Origin: Carcharhinus longimanus
Lineage: Eukaryota
Length of the DNA stretch: 64,000 bases
Assembly: GCA_030264375.1 (NCBI GenBank)
Contig: JASCQW010000162.1
Coordinates: 53,438,982-53,502,981, forward strand
Direction of reading: 5' to 3'
In this document: positions 63,069 through 64,000 of the stretch, in pieces
Numbering within the stretch: position 1 is the first letter of the stretch
Layout: each line of letters begins with the position of its first letter
Translations under genes and position numbers: made by a program
The notes under the pieces: model-generated
What the model was told of the DNA's origin: nothing
The model's database searches: none
What the model saw: the letters and a program-made list of their open reading frames with translations, nothing else

Positions 63069-63513
63069 TTCGATGTTTTGGGATTATTTTAGACTCATTC
63101 TAAGAGAAATTGTGTTAGGGTGCTTGAACAAACTGTTCTCCACTGTATGTTATCTTCTCCCCTCTTATTGTCCACCCCATTTCCAAACAAGGCTACAGCT
63201 TGTTCCCTAGCCATTGTCAATGCTACTCTTGAACTATCATCCAGGTGCACAAGATGAATTTGTGGGGAAAAGATTCCTCCTTGTGGTAATTTGTCTCATG
63301 TCTGCTCCATCCCTCCCCCACACCAGTCGCGGAGTGTGGGGTATGAACTGGATGTTAGCTGCCTGTTTGTGGCCATTCTTCTCTTGGCGCCACTCCTGTG
63401 GCACTGACCTGTTGCAGCTCTTCCATAATCCTGCAAAATAGAACTGTAACATACCACTTCGCTGTCGAACCCTAGGTTTTTTCCATGTCACCGTCAACCT
63501 TGCTTGACATTAC

Positions 63514-63611
63514 CTGTGAATTAATCATTCGAATTGTTGTGCGTCTCCCCACATCAGACTCAAATCCTATGGTAGGTGCCCCATTGAACCTCAGAACAGC
63601 GTCATGGGCAT
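63514..63611 (-). CDS. ST6GAL1: ST6GAL1 coding exon (second half of sialylmotif L)
   Basis: cag|AT...CAG|gtaatg; 98 bp, phase 1 to 0. Encodes (D)[32 protein letters not shown], versus human ST6GAL1 [33 protein letters not shown]. Confidence 0.96.
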
Positions 63612-64000
63612 CTGATAATAAGAGAAAGTGACAAGTAGATTCCAAATGTTTATTTCTGCTTAGACCTTTGATCACTGAATTATCTATTTGCAAATCCAGA
63701 GGGAAATTTAAGGGAAATTTTCAAAGTGTGTGAAGTTATGTGCAATTCAATAAATAGTTAATTAAATGTTGGAGCAGACCTGATGAAACATGGGAGTTGA
63801 GGTATTAAAGAAATTACGTTTGATTGCATCATGAGTGTAAATGTTTGCCAAATCTCAGCAGCCAATAATCCAATGACCATAAATGTTCAAGAAAAGTTAA
63901 ATTTGAAATGTGTTGTTTGTGTAACTAAGAGGCAGAGAGGGTTGTAGTAGAGTTAGACCATGATACAGTCCCATTTTCCCATGTGTTCTGACAGACTAAT

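Noticed and set aside
41306-63611. Calling the sialyltransferase ST6GAL2
   Set aside because: Diagnostic residues in the last two exons match ST6GAL1.

Overview
This is vertebrate genomic DNA, almost certainly a shark/elasmobranch judging by its SINE, LINE and Penelope repertoire; it is not prokaryotic, and most ORFs in the track are noise or runs of N. Two genes converge tail-to-tail. On the + strand is the last coding exon of a TMT-type opsin (teleost multiple tissue opsin, OPN3/TMT group) at 9757-10023. On the - strand are the last four coding exons of the alpha-2,6-sialyltransferase ST6GAL1 (63514-63611, 59989-60090, 57288-57462, 41306-41556), all with GT-AG splice sites and consistent phases. 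The remainder is mostly decayed transposons: CR1, L2 and Rex1/Babar LINE fragments, HE1/V-SINE-type tRNA SINEs, Deu-domain SINEs, several PIF/Harbinger remnants with their MITEs, a Gypsy LTR element with 5' LTR and PBS, and Penelope-type termini carrying decayed minimal hammerhead ribozyme motifs. The most notable observations are: (1) a LINE whose 5' end is a tRNA-like/Deu-domain SINE head, with the free SINE looking like its internal-deletion derivative; (2) the TMT-opsin/ST6GAL1 linkage; (3) an opsin-TM7-like decoy exon upstream of the opsin terminal exon; (4) an inverted SINE pair flanking an ST6GAL1 exon; (5) a CpG-rich NRF1/RFX-like element and a cryptic exon in the last ST6GAL1 intron. 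Repeat boundaries are approximate and family names come from recalled consensus similarity, not database searches.
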